From: Lama guanicoe
Lineage: Eukaryota
Reading direction: 5' to 3'
DNA: 64,000 bases
NCBI GenBank assembly: GCA_013239625.1
Contig: MU054391.1
Span: forward strand, 4,795,824 to 4,859,823
Position numbers and translations under genes: made by a program. The notes below the pieces were generated by a model. The model was not told the DNA's origin, did not search any database, and saw nothing but the letters and a program-made list of their open reading frames with translations. Positions 1 to 12,529 of this stretch are shown piece after piece. The first letter of the stretch is position 1. The number at the start of each line of letters is the position of its first letter.

Positions 1-1499
1 AGCTGTGTGTCCAGAAAGAAAAGGAAACAGCTTTGGTGCAAAACAAAAATACAAAGTGCCAGGCTCCCAATTACTCAGAATTTCAAAACACTGACACAGG
101 GAATTAAACCAAGAGCAGGACCCTTCCATGTTCAGGGCTCCGTGCTGCTGCACAAGTTACACGCCATGAACTTGGCCCTGGACCGGAGTAGACACTCGCT
201 ACATGGCAGGCAACATCATCTGTTTCCTGATCGCTGACGGTACCCACGGCGCGTGCCACATGTGTTCCCATTGGCATCCTGTTTTTTGCTGCCTTTCCTA
301 GTAGCTCCTTGAAATAAGGAATCACAGCATATACCCTAGAGGTCTCTGGCACTTTGAGGGGCTTAAGATAAACATCACTTTTTCAAACTGATGCTAAATA
401 TTCAGAGTAAAAGTTTCACAAAGAAAAAGAAAATACACAGATTTGAAGGTTTGATGTGGCTTTGGAAAAAGCAGCTAAAATTAGTTTGGCAAATCAGGTG
501 AAACTTGTGGCCTGCTCCCCTCAACTGCATCTCCTAAAACTACACTTTTATGATGCTATGAACAGTTGCATTTTTATTGGATGATAGTAAGTAAAAGTGC
601 ACAAAAGAACTCTGCTGAAATCAAGAATTCTCTGGCGCCCCCGAACCAAGCCTGGTTGTGTGTTTTAAAACAATTTTCATTTGGCCTCCTGTATTGTTAT
701 TCTTGCCGGCATCACCCCGAGATGTGGGGAGTGCGCCTGGAGCCGGGATGGCCTGAGAGCCCCATCACAGCCTCAGTCTCTGGGAATTACAGCCTTGGCC
801 CATGAGACCCTCCCTTCCAGCCAGCTCACCTCGCAGCCACAGCAGCGGTTTCTAGAAAGGGGTGAGGCCAGATGTACAAATAACAGCCTTGAGCACCGAG
901 GGTCCAAGAGGGAACCAGAAGCAAAGGGAGAGTGTGGGCCACACCAGGCTCTGAGCTCCCCGGTAACACCTGGACTTCATCTCCATCCGCGCCTTACGTC
1001 GCCGTGACGCGGAGGAAGAGGAGGCGGAGGACGAGGAGTAGGTGCCATCAGCCTCCCCTCATTCAGCCCCTTGTTGAGGGGATGAGACTGTATTTGCAAC
1101 TGTTTACTGACTTTTCCCCTCAGCTAAGCTTGCCTAGCACGGGAGGCCGTGGTCCAGCCATGCGGCTGCGAGGAGCACGGACACAGAGGATGCCAAGGGT
1201 TGACCCCTTACGTCGGCTGTGAGGAGAGGACGGTAACAACATTCTGTCCACCTGGAGAGGCCGATGCCCCTTCTGTGACCCGTCTTTGCCCCACCTGGCA
1301 GAGGTCCAGCAGGCTACAGAACACTGTTCTTGTAGAAATTAATTCAAAGCTTTAAGAAATGAATGATGAAAATTACTTTGGATCCATTTATCAGATGAAA
1401 AGATACACGCACGCACACACACACAGGCACACCAATTACTCCACATCAGGGACAACACTCAGCTCTTGTCACACGTCGTTTACATTGCTGCAGGTGGTC

Positions 1500-1620
1500 C
1501 CGGTGTCCCCATTTTACAGATGAGGAACTAAGGCTCTAAGGCGTAGGAATCCCTGCCCGAGGTCCATGCGTGTAAGTCGTGCAGCTGGGAGCCCGTGCAG
1601 ACCTGGCGGAACTCAAAGCC
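1500..1620 (-). mobile_element. MIR SINE fragment
   Basis: CCCCATTTTACAGATGAGGAACTAAGGCTC is the reverse complement of the MIR core (CCTCAGTTTCCTCATCTGTAAAATGGGG). Confidence 0.8.
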
Positions 1621-1849
1621 CGCGCTCTCACCGGCTGCGGTCCAGCGCTCCCAGGACACCGCAGGGACGACGGCTCTCCTGGGCTCGGAGCTCAGGCTCA
1701 CACAGGTCCATTGCTGCCTCTCTGTCGCCCTGGGAAAGTCTGAGGCCTCAGAGATGGAGGAGGGGCACAAGTGGGGGACCTGGCCTGGGTGAGCGCCCCC
1801 AAAGGAGACCTGGGGTAGGATTATCTCAATGAGCTTCTGTGACCTCCTG

Positions 1850-2425
1850 TTGCTTGAATCATTTAAAAGTATTTTTAGGTCATACGTGCTCATTATAGAA
1901 AATCAGGGGGAAACAGATTACTATGAAGAAGAAACAGAAAATGATCTGCATTGTCTTAGTGCCCAGGTAGAGCCTCTGTTCCTATCCTGATGCTTTCCTT
2001 CTGGTTTTATGATATACACACAGCTAAATATACATACATGTGTACATACGATTTTACGTGGGCTCATACTGTGCTACAATTTTACACGCAACAGTTTCAA
2101 CCTAACATTACAGGGTAAACATCTTTCTGAACCCTTAACTACTCTTCAGTGTGCCTTTAATGGGTTTAATATTTTACTATATATAAGTAAACACCAGGAT
2201 TGAATTATTTATTCCTCTGTTTTGGACATTATGGTTGTTCATTTCCAATTTCACCCTTACATTAGGGAGACACATTTTAAGATGAAATTCTGGAGCATAG
2301 GTCTTTATGAACATATCCAAATAGTTCCTGAGAATAAATTCCTAGGAGTTAAAATGCCGGGGAAAAGGCTGTGAACATTTTGAAGACTCTATCATTATTG
2401 CCAAACGGCTCTCTAGGAAAACATG
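1850..2425 (-). mobile_element. Ancient L1 (L1ME-like) 3' fragment
   Basis: AT-rich tract containing ATAAATTCCTAGGAGTTAAAATGCCGGGG...GTGAACATTTTGAAG...TATTGCCAAACGGCTCTC, the typical antisense L1ME 3' motif. Confidence 0.65.
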
Positions 2426-3684
2426 ACCAAGTCATGCTATCCTTGCCGGTTGCTGGACGAGCTGGGTTTGGATTTTATTCGTGTAACGGGGAATTTTCAG
2501 CATGTGGAGCTAAGACCCAGCCTGCTTCACGCTCCCCTACAGTCACACATAAGCGCCCATTCGCATCCATGGACCCCCAGGAGGTGGTGGTTTGTAATGA
2601 GGTGTTTCATGTGGGAGGGCTGGGAGGAGAATAGAGGGGACCCCATGATATCTTCCAGGGGGGGGTTCCCCCAGGGGAGGGGAGCCTGCAGAACCACCCA
2701 CTAGACCCATATGGAGATGCTGGCCAGCTGGCCAGCCTCAGAGCTGAGGACCCATGGGAAGAAGCCACCCACTCATCGGTCTCTGCAGGAAACCCAGCAC
2801 CTGCTGGCCCCCTGCAGGCCGGAAGCTGGGGCAGCCCTGGAGGTAGCTCCCTGCCCTGGCCAGTGGCCTTCTCCAGGCCAAGAGTGACAGGAGTAATACA
2901 CTCGCTCATCCGTTCGTGGGCTGTAGCCCTGGATGGAAGCTGCCAGTGACCCTCAGTGACCCGGTCTGGGAGGGGACTTTAGGGAGTGCCAGAAATAATG
3001 GGGTGCCCTCGGGGAGAAGCCTTGTGTTATCACTCATAATTTTCCCCCATGGTTTTTAAGCATTTAACTGGTTTTTCAATGGACCCATGGAATCTATGGG
3101 TCCATTCATCCTCACACTGGAAAGCTAAATGCCCGCACTTGGATGGTGGTTTCTTCACCTCCGTTAACATTGGTGGGGAAACCAGGACGGGGCCCGCAAG
3201 GGATTCAACCAGCAGGTTGCCAGCTCCGACTCCTGGCTCGTAGTCGGTCCCAAGCAGAGTCTCTCCCGCGGTCACCGACGTCTAGCTGCCGAAACTCAGG
3301 GCTGGTAATTTAGCCTCACAATTTAGCAGCCTTACGAGCAGTGTGATCGTCAGAGCACATGACAGGGGAGGGAGGACAAGCTTAGCACAACGAAGGACAG
3401 TGCTTTAATGTGCACAGCCCTGAAAATGTAAGTGTTTAAGAAGCCTTTTTGCCTTGTAGACAGAAATTAGCAAGTGAGAATGTATTTCCTCTCCAGAGAT
3501 GTATTACCTAGTGGACAAAGTCTAATCAACACTTTGATCTGTGAAGGTCAGAAATTGAAGCACGTGCTTTTTCCTTAAAGAGATGCACTTTGAAAGAGAA
3601 GTCTGAAGAGCTGCAGTTTGCACTTGTCATTATCTCACTTTTTCCTTCTAAAAGCATCACCAGCGTTCACCTTATGAATAACGG

Positions 3685-3890
3685 TGACTAATAGCTACTG
3701 ATTATCATGTTGTACCACCTGAGCGGTGAGCTCATTTAATCCTCACAGCCCTGCGATGTGAGTAATACTTGGAAACCCACTTCCCAGGGGAGTCAGCTGA
3801 GATGCAGACAAGTCAAGCAGCCCGCCCAGATTCCAATATTTGGTCACTTGCCCGAACCAGGCCTTGCCTAACTCCAAACCCTGTGGGCTG
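3685..3890 (-). mobile_element. MIR SINE (degraded)
   Basis: AATAGCTACTGATTAT...CTCATTTAATCCTCACAGCCCTGCGATGTGAG matches the antisense MIR tail. Confidence 0.65.
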
Positions 3891-4089
3891 AGCCCGCTGC
3901 GCACCACGCATTTGCAGCCCCAAGACGAGAAGTCACTGACTTCATATCCTCTCGTAGGCACTCTGCATGCCACGTCCAGAACCCGGCAACCTCAGCCGGC
4001 AGCCCCCACTCCTTTCAAGTGAGGAAACCAAAGCCCAGGACGGAAGCCCAGATCCAGGCCCGTTCCCAGTGGCCTTCCTCTCTGGCCGC

Positions 4090-4230
4090 ACAGAAAAACC
4101 GCCTGGGGGGCTATTTAAAGGCTGATGCCTGGGGACCCTGATTCCATGGGTCCTGGGCAGCTCAGGGCTCCCGCGTTACTTTTTAAAACTCTGCAGAGGA
4201 TTCAAATAGTCCACCAGGCAGAGGACTGAT
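4090..4230. mobile_element. MER5-family (hAT-Charlie) MITE fragment
   Basis: GGGCTATTTAAAGGCTGATGCCTGGGGACCCTGATTCC...TTTTTAAAACTCTGCAGAGGATTCAAAT resembles MER5A1/MER5B. Confidence 0.55.
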
Positions 4231-5699
4231 CACCACGGCATGTTTCTTTCCTTCCTGACAAGTCTGCACTGAGCGGTCACTGGCTGACACCGCTCAGCTC
4301 ACCCCACAGCCTGCCCTCCAGGGCCGCCGGGCAACGGGGGCTGAGCCATGAGCTGAAAACCTGAGGAGCTCCCCCCGCGGGGGCATCTGGGTGCCAGGGA
4401 AGGAGCAGGGGGCAGCCCACGGGAATGGTCAGGAGAGGATACGCAGAGGAGGGGACTTTAAGCTGAGTAAGAGTCAGCTGAGGCCAGAGCGGAGGAGAAA
4501 AGCCATCTGCCGTCTGTGGTGTCTCCACTTCTCTTTCCTGCTAAGGGGGCAGCGAAAGCACAGCGCACCAGAGACCCGGTGCCCCCTGCCTGCCCCCTCG
4601 GCCCCGCGGCCGTGGGAGGAGGGGACGTGGGCCCATCGGCCCAGAGCAGCTGCAGCCGCCAACCCGAATGCCTCGGCGACGAACTCAGTCAGGCAAGACG
4701 CAGGGGTCAGTTTTCACTTCAGCTCTAAAACAGCCAAATGAGGATCTGGGTGGAAACAGGACTGTGAGAGATTTTGCATTCTAATTGGGAAGCTCAGCCA
4801 GAGAGGCTATGAGCGCCCAGACGATCAGTCTCCTGCACTGTGTGTTGGGGCGGCCTTCCCAGCTCATTCCGCCCGGCGAGAACAGACCTTCTGGGGGGCC
4901 CAGGAGGGGGCACGGGAAGCCCCCTTTACACAGACTGGTTCCCACTGTCAGAAAGAACAGGATGACATCCCATCAGCTTCTCCAGGTCCACATCAACCCC
5001 TGACACCTCAATTCCCTTTTCTCATCAAATACCAGCCGTGAAACGGCCCGAACTCATCAGAATTCTGAAGTGAGGGAGGCTGAGACTACAGGAATTGAGA
5101 AATAGGTCACCCCGTGGGGTGGGAAGGTGGCTGTGTGGGTTCATCTAACTAGGTTGCTGGAAAGCCCCCATGCCCACAATTATCCCCTGAGTCACCAGAT
5201 CTCTGTGAAGCAGTAGATTTTCAGTATCCGAAATTCTTTCTAGTGGATAAAGGGCACCGGCTGGGGAAGGAACACAGAATCTATTGTTGAGACCAGATCC
5301 ATTCATTTAGTAAAGATTTCCTGGGGGCCGACTTGACCCTCAGCCCCTGCCCTGGAGAAACTCACTTTCCAGTGGCTCTGATTGAAAAGCCCCAGTCCCT
5401 GCCGGGTACAGAAGCAGGGTGGCCCGGAGCCACGGGAGGCTGGTGTGGAGGAGAGGGGGCGTGCAGGCAGGGAGCGACTCGGGCTGTGATGCCGGAGCCC
5501 AGCTGAGGCTGACTGAGGAGGAAGGGTTTCTCGGGATGAAAGATTTGATCTCGCTGGTATTCCACACCCCCATTTGATAAAAAAAAAAAAAAACTGAGAC
5601 TCCAGAAGTGTACAGTCCAACCCCGGGGTCACAGGGCGTTGGACTCTATCTGAAGCCTGTGTGCTTAGCGCCGCACCCCAGACCACATCGGGGCAGAGG

Positions 5700-5870
5700 G
5701 ATAACACAGGCCAAAGGTTATAGGTGAAGTCATGAGGGTGCATGAGATCACCTAGAAAGACTAAAGAATGAAAAGAAAAGGTGCTCAGGCTGGAGTCCTG
5801 GTGTCCCACCACTACCTGGGGGAGACAGAAGAGACGAGCTCTCTAAGAGAGCTCGGAAGAAGTAAGTAGA
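5700..5870 (-). mobile_element. L2 LINE fragment
   Basis: GAAGTCATGAGGGTGCATGAGATCACCTAGAAAG...GCTCAGGCTGGAGTCCTGG matches antisense L2. Confidence 0.55.
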
Positions 5871-6189
5871 AGGAAAATCATCTACTCATTCATTTTTACC
5901 AAACAGAAGAGAAATAGCCTGGTCCCCCAAGAGTTCACTTTCCCAAAGGGCTGCAGAAGTGAAAACCACTGCCTGGGACAGAGGCTGAAATAGGACTAGA
6001 GCAGGGGTAGAAAGCGAGATGGCCTCTACCAGATCTGATCAGGGAAGGCTTCCTGGAGGAGGAGCACAGTACTTCTTAGAAGCTACTAACGTCCATACCT
6101 AGGAGAACTCATGGAGCAGAGTGGGATGGTTCCCTTGACGTAGCATTAAGTGGATTCCAAACGTGGCAAAAATCAATGTACATGTCAGC

Positions 6190-8420
6190 TTTGGGAGGTA
6201 ACGACAGAAGTGTGAATGCCTCACAGAGAAATGATGCGGAAAAGTGCCCCTAAGTGGTGTTTCACGAGGTCAGTATTTGTACTGAATCCTGAAATGCTGA
6301 GCTCTTCTGTTTCTATTTTAAAAAAGAAAATCCAGGAGATGACACAGAAACATGTCAAGGGAAGTTTGTTTGTTAGTTCCATTAAAACATTACCTGCCAA
6401 GAAGGCAAAGTAAGGTGCTGTAATTATCATCTGTGCTCAGTGCATACCAAGTATTATCTACACGTGGCCAACGCTTTATTTTCTCTTCAACTTCTTTGCT
6501 GCTATTTTAACCATTTCAGAGAAATAAGCTTTAGCAAGTCAAATTAGAATTTAAAGAAATGAGACTTGGGCTCAGAGATAAATAGGATCATTGCCACCGA
6601 TTTCATTGTTTCAAACACCAGATTTTATTTTGAGAAGAAAGTTTAATTAACCAGAGGTGGAGCACTCAAATCTTTGACTTCAAAAAATCCTACTTTCTGC
6701 AAGATTTCACCTGTGAAATTCACACCCTTTAATTACTGCCTCCCGTCTTAAAAGGGAGAACCTTTCCTCTGAATGGCTGATAACGTTATTATGGGAGGTA
6801 ATTACAGATCAGGGGTCTGTGGTCAGTAACACTGTCATTCATGGACCACGTCATTCAGATTTTTGAACTTTGAAAGTAAGTTGTTAGGGAAACACTTTCA
6901 CTCCCAAAACAGTGTTGATGTTTTGGATCCGTTGTTTATTTTTGTTCTTTTTTTCTTTTTTTTAAAAAAAAAAAAGGCGGCAGGGGGAGGCAGGGGGAGA
7001 AACATGTAGAAATCGGTCCTTTACTGGATGAATTTCTTCACTTCCCAGAAAGCAAGAAAACAATTGTTTCCTGTAATTGGACAGTTTGATTGGAGGCAGG
7101 TGGTGCTGAGCTGAGGAAACGGGAGCCACAAAGCCAATTTTGGCTTCGAGCACATTTCCTTTAGTTTTCAGCTCCGGCAGTACAACATGTAAATTGGCTC
7201 CACAAAACCGACTATAAATTTAGTTCCCATTTCTCTAACAAGCACCTTATCAGCCATGAAGAGTGTTAGCCATCAGGGACGGTCTGCAGATCTGCCACGA
7301 TTAGAAAGCTGCCCTGAGATGCCCCGGCCTTCATCCCTCAAGTACGTTCTTGCTGCCACAAAATGGGAATTTATGAGCAGTTCTGGAAGCATCCATGTGC
7401 CATTGTTTTAAAATACAGTGATATTTTCTTTCTCCAGGCTAGTGGGCCTCAGTGTTGCTCGAATTGCATTATTTTGAGTTAATATTTGCTTTTGGTATTT
7501 TTGAGTAACAGGCCAAATCCACATGGTGCCACGGATGACAAACATCGGTCCAGAGAAGGGGCCAAAATCAGAAGCGTGGGGACTAAGCGAGGATTGTTTG
7601 TGACTCCCCTGTGGCTTTCCATCCAAATGTCTCCAAGTCCTTTTATTTCTCTTACCCCTGTATGGCAGCTGGCAAGCCACAGTCCTCTTCCACAGACAGA
7701 GCTGCTGAGGCCCACAGAGGTTCATTGCTTTGGCCAAGGTCACACAGTAAGTCAGGAGCAGAGAAGCAATAGGCTTAGACTCCAACTTCCTGGCCCACTG
7801 CTTCGGCTACGTATTTCTCTATTCACTTCCTCCTTGCTGTAAATCCAGAATTCAAAACAGTCATTTTTAAGCAACTTGGGGGCGGGGCGGGGTGGCAGTG
7901 GCAGCAAGGAAAGACAGAAGGAAAGGTATCTGATAAAGCTATCAAATCACTGTCCTTAGTATACTCTGCTTATTAAATCAGTTACTTCCAAGATGCAGCC
8001 TATTTTATTAATCATTTCTGGCCGTGTTTAAATTTTTTTAAATGTTAATCTAAGTTTTACGTAAATTTGGCACTCATTTATTTTTAGAACTTGAAAATAA
8101 TCTTTGCTAATCCCAAGTAAATGAATGGCTAAAATAACCTCGTCCCTGGTTAAATTTCACCTATCAGTGTACATAGCTGTATAGAATTATTTTACCAAAA
8201 AAACCAGATTGCAGGGTTTGCTTAGAACCTCAGAATCGCAACATTGGTTTCCCAAGTGATCACATCAAAGGAAATGCCATTAGGTTTTCCGGCCCGTGCC
8301 AGTGGATACCCGGGGTTCAAAATCTTGACTTCATTCATTAGAGTCACAGAATGTAAACATTAAAGGTTCAAGTGTAAACAGTGGGTCTGTCTCCTCCAGC
8401 GACTGAAGTACTTTTCCTTT
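6190..8420. promoter_or_regulatory. Largely repeat-free AT-rich block; candidate conserved enhancer cluster
   Basis: About 2.2 kb, markedly more AT-rich than its flanks and mostly unique (one probable MIR remnant near 7690-7790). Contains T-box, GATA, NKX2, FOX, TCF and homeodomain motifs. Function is inferred only. Confidence 0.4.
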
Positions 8421-9529
8421 TAATCCTTGGTTAGCGATATTCTCTCAAGACACTCCAGTATGAAACAGAGGTGTCACCTCCCGGCCTGTCGGAGAATTCC
8501 CCTCCCTTTCTTGTGTCATAACTACCCACCTCTGCCCCAGGACCGTGGTCCCTACTCCGGTGGCTGCGGGTGGCCGGCGGGGCACAGAGGAGACATGCCC
8601 ACAGCACTGTGACCATTTTCTAAGAGGGATCACACACTGACTGAACCTGTCAGAAGACAGGCTGGGTTTGCACAAGGAGTTCTGGTTGACGGCTAACTCA
8701 GAAATCTTGGCATTACTACAGAACCAATATTTTCAGAGGTGCACCGTCTTGAACAATGTCCTCAGTGTGCAGGACACAGACAGCCCTTCGATCAGAATTC
8801 AGCGAGGGCAACTTTTTCCCCCCACCTTTTCTGGGGAAACAGGCTCACGAAGGATCTGAAAAGAAGGGACTGGGAGTGAGAAGTGGGGCCAGGATATGGT
8901 GGGGGATGGGAAAGCCATTTCAACACTTTCAATAGATGCAGCTACGACCTCATCTCACACAAAGTTGGCCAAGCCGGGTCATGACAGGTTGCAGTGATCA
9001 GCTGAAACCTGCCCCGCAGCTGTCTGCTCTCCCTGACATGTGTAGAAACAGCTAGACAGGCCTCAGTTTAACCACGTAAAGCCGAAAGCACATTGCGTTT
9101 CCCCTCGACCGGATACAGAGAGGCAGAAGCATCCTCAGTGCCCCCACCTTGGGCGGCGCGGCCCTCCTTCCCCTCCTCTCTGGCCTTGGTCCCACTGGGA
9201 GGGACTCCCACTCGTTCCCCTACTGGGATTTTAACACTGTGTACCTAAAAAATATCTCCTTCTGTGTATAATATTGTCTCTTCCCAAAGCCTATATCTTT
9301 TCCCAGAAAACACCACCAGCAAAAAAACCCCCAAGATTTTGACAAGCCAAACCCCCATGCTATCGGAACAGGATGGCCCCGCTCGGGTAAGGAGGACGTG
9401 GTCTGCTGCCCCGTCAGAGCAACCTCGGAGGTGGGCAGTGAGCGGCGAAGTGCCCGATACCCACCCTGCAGGGCCCTGGGCCGAGGCACAAGCCCGGGAG
9501 CGGGCCTCAGCAGCACCAGTGGACACCAC

Positions 9530-10354
9530 TGTGGTCGTTTGCTGGGGGTTCTGCACAGAGCACCACCAGCTGGATGGCTTAAAACCACGCAGATTGATTC
9601 ACTCACAGTTCTGGAGGCCAGACGTCCAAAATGAAGGCGTCAGCAGGGCCACGCCCCCCCGAAACCTGCGCTAGAGGGTCCTTCCTGGCCTCTTCCAGCT
9701 GCTGGTGGTTCCCAGAAATTCTTAGTATTGTGGACTGAATGTTTGTGTCCCTTCAAAATGCAGATGTTGAAGCCCTAATCCCCAGGTGACGTATTTGGAG
9801 GTGGGGACTTTGAGGGGCAGTAAGGTCATAAGGGTGGAGCCCCACGAGTGGGGTTAGTGCCCTTACAAGAGCGGGCCTGACAGCTAGCGAGGTCTCTCTC
9901 CACCCTGTGAGGGTCTACGAGCACACGGCCGTCTGCCACCTGGAAGAGGGCTCTCAGCAGAACCGGACCACGGTGGCACCCTGATCTCACACGTCCAGCC
10001 TCCAGAACTGTGACACACACGACTCTGCTGGTGGTGACCCACCCGGTCAGCAGTACACTGTTGGAGCAGCCAAGCTGAGCCCCCCGGCCCTCCTGGGCTA
10101 GAAGCTGCAGCCCTTCCAGCCCTTCACTCTCTGCCCCATCACCACATGGTCCCCCCCAACCCCCCGTGTCCCTGTGTCTGTCTCCTCTTCTAGGGACACT
10201 AGTCACACAGGATTGAGGGCCCACCCCACTCCACTGTGACCTCAGCTTAACTACATCTACCAAGACCCTATTTCCAAGTCAGCTCACACTCTGAGGTACT
10301 AAGGCTGAGGATTTCAAAACACCTTCTGCGGGGGGCACAATGCCACATGTAACA
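9530..10354 (-). mobile_element. MLT1B/C (ERVL-MaLR) solo LTR, interrupted by a second LTR at 9726-10080
   Basis: Antisense MLT1 motifs GGCTTAAAACCAC...CTCACAGTTCTGGAGGCCAGACGTCCAAAAT and AAGACCCTATTTCCAAG...GGGGGCACAATGCCACATGTAACA. Flanks ACCAC (9525-9529) and GCCAC (10355-10359) form a 4/5 TSD. Confidence 0.85.
9726..10080 (+). mobile_element. MLT1A/MLT1A0 solo LTR nested in opposite orientation
   Basis: Starts TATTGTGGACTGAATGTTTGTGTCCC...TGTTGAAGCCCTAATCCCCA...GGAGGTGGGG; later GGCACCCTGATCTC...CCAGCCTCCAGAACTGTGA, all MLT1A hallmarks. Confidence 0.85.
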
Positions 10355-12529
10355 GCCACCAGAACCTTTCAGTGGCTCCTCCTTGTTCAGAGAATGAAGT
10401 GCATGTCCCCCTGTCTTGCTTCCAGACCTTCCAGGAGTCGGCACCTTTCCGGATTCACCTGCTGACACAGTTCTCATGCACTGTAAGGGTCCCCCTCCCT
10501 CCCTCACAAGTCCGCCTCTGTGCACTGCTTATGCTGTTCCTGCCTCCAGGAAAGCCCTTCCCCATGGTCACGACACTTTCAAAACCCGCCCGCTCATAAT
10601 GTCCAGCTTAAATGCCTTCTAGAGTTTCCTCATCCGGCATCAACTAGAAAGAAACCAAAGTCCATGCCTCTTACCTTTATTCCTCTTCAGGGCTCACTTA
10701 GCCTTGCACATATGCTGACGTTAATGTTTCCCGTCCCTCAGATGGAAGGAGAATGGTCTAGAGTGAGGAGAGGCAGGAGGCCAAGAGGACCTGAAGAATC
10801 TGGGACAGTCTTATCTTGTTTACTATTTGGGAACTTTGGCTAAAATGACCAGGGATGCTAAACGTAGGAGACCCGTCGTAACTGAGTCTAGGAAGACAAC
10901 CCTGAACTCGTGACCAGCAGCTGCCCCGCGAATCCTCCTCTTCTGATGCCTGGAGGATTTCTGCAGGGGGCCGTCGCTCAGCATCCACCTCCACCCTCCG
11001 CGAGGCGCCCCCCGGGCACCAAGAGCTGCCTGCCCCTCCTCCCCAGGGACCAGCTTCTAGCCTGAGTCCCCTGCCAGCGGGAGGGGTGGAGCCACAGAGG
11101 GAATGGCTCTCACACCACCTGGAGATTGCTCTCCAGACCCGCCATGCGTCAGCTGGGGACGGGCTAGGGACCAGGATGGCTCGGGTGCTGTCCCCGAGCT
11201 CTTCGCTGACCCCCAACCATCCACGTTCTCGCTCCATCAGTTTCCTCAGGGTGGGGGGTCCTGACCTGCCTTCCTGTGTGCTGGTTTAAGCATAGATCGT
11301 GTACACGAAGCCCCGCACACTGCTTGCTGAATGGCTGGCACCCGGCAAACAGTCACTGTGAGGACCGTCTCGTGGCTTCCAATGGTCGCCGTCTGTTCAA
11401 AGTTGCCAGTGTTCCCAGCCAGCCCAGTGTGCCCCCAGGGGCTCCTGAGTGTCAGCAGAAGCAGGGAATACACACCGTCTGTGTCGGCAGACCCCTCCCT
11501 GTGATCATCAGCCTCTCTCCAGGAACCCAGCAACCCCAGCCTGAAGAGAGTCAGCCTCGTCTTAGACGCCCTCCTTCCTGTCTTCACAGGCAAGCATCCT
11601 CCTCTGCCGTGTCCTCTATCCTTCCATCCCTCCCTTCCAAAGCCCAGCCCCTTCCTTGCCTTTCATGCCTCCTCCAGCACACTGGAGAATTCAAGCCGCA
11701 ACTTGTACTGAGCCCCGCCTTGTCCAGACACCACGGGAAGTAGAGGAGGAGGAGCCGGCAGCCCCGCTGTCGAGAAATCACTGCCCAGGAACAAGGGCTG
11801 GGCAGGGAAGGCCTCACGACGTGGACCGGACGTCTGTCTCCTGCCTCTTCTCAAACACACTCCTCGCTGCAGCGAAGAGCCACTGGAGTCCCCTTCAACC
11901 CATCGGGCTCCCTGCCTGGGTTTCTGGCCCCCAGTTCTAGGTGCCTAGGGCCGTCCAACAACCCTAGTGCAAGGTCATTCCACTTCAGTCTTCTTAATGC
12001 AGCTCAGTCACTTGAAAAGTCAATTGACCTTTCCACGTACATAGGTCTTCCTCTCCGACCAGGATGCCGGGGTGCTGATGTCAGGGCGGGACCTGGCTCT
12101 CAGGGTTTGGCGTCAGCTGTGATGGAAGGTCATGGCCAGGGCTTCTCAGGGCCTGTCTCCTCCCCCAGCAGGATCCTAACCAAGGACCATCCTCCACAGG
12201 AAATGGCCCCGCTCCGACCGCTGTGCCCACACGCCCTCAGTTTAACTTGGATGGATTTCTAGCTGAGTCCTCAACACGGTGAGGATGCAGATGGGCGAGG
12301 GGGCTGCTGCTCCTCCGTTTGGAAATCTTCCCTCTTCCTGGGAAAGGCCTGGCCCATCCGCCGGACTCCAGGCACCATCAGATTTGGAAATTCCCCACGT
12401 GCCAGTCTTCCCTCTCCACTCTCCCAACAAGGGGCCATCTAACTTCTCCTTCAGTTTCTTCAGTGATGCCACGTTCCACCCCGGGAGGCAGGCCACTCCG
12501 TTCTTAGGCATTTCCCATTGCTGGGGAGG

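Noticed and set aside
104..352. 82-aa minus-strand ORF near the window start as an exon
   Set aside because: No recognisable homology and no convincing splice signals.
6940..6980. T8/A12 junction as a hairpin or terminator
   Set aside because: Low-complexity homopolymers; bacterial-type terminators are irrelevant here and there is no miRNA-like stem.
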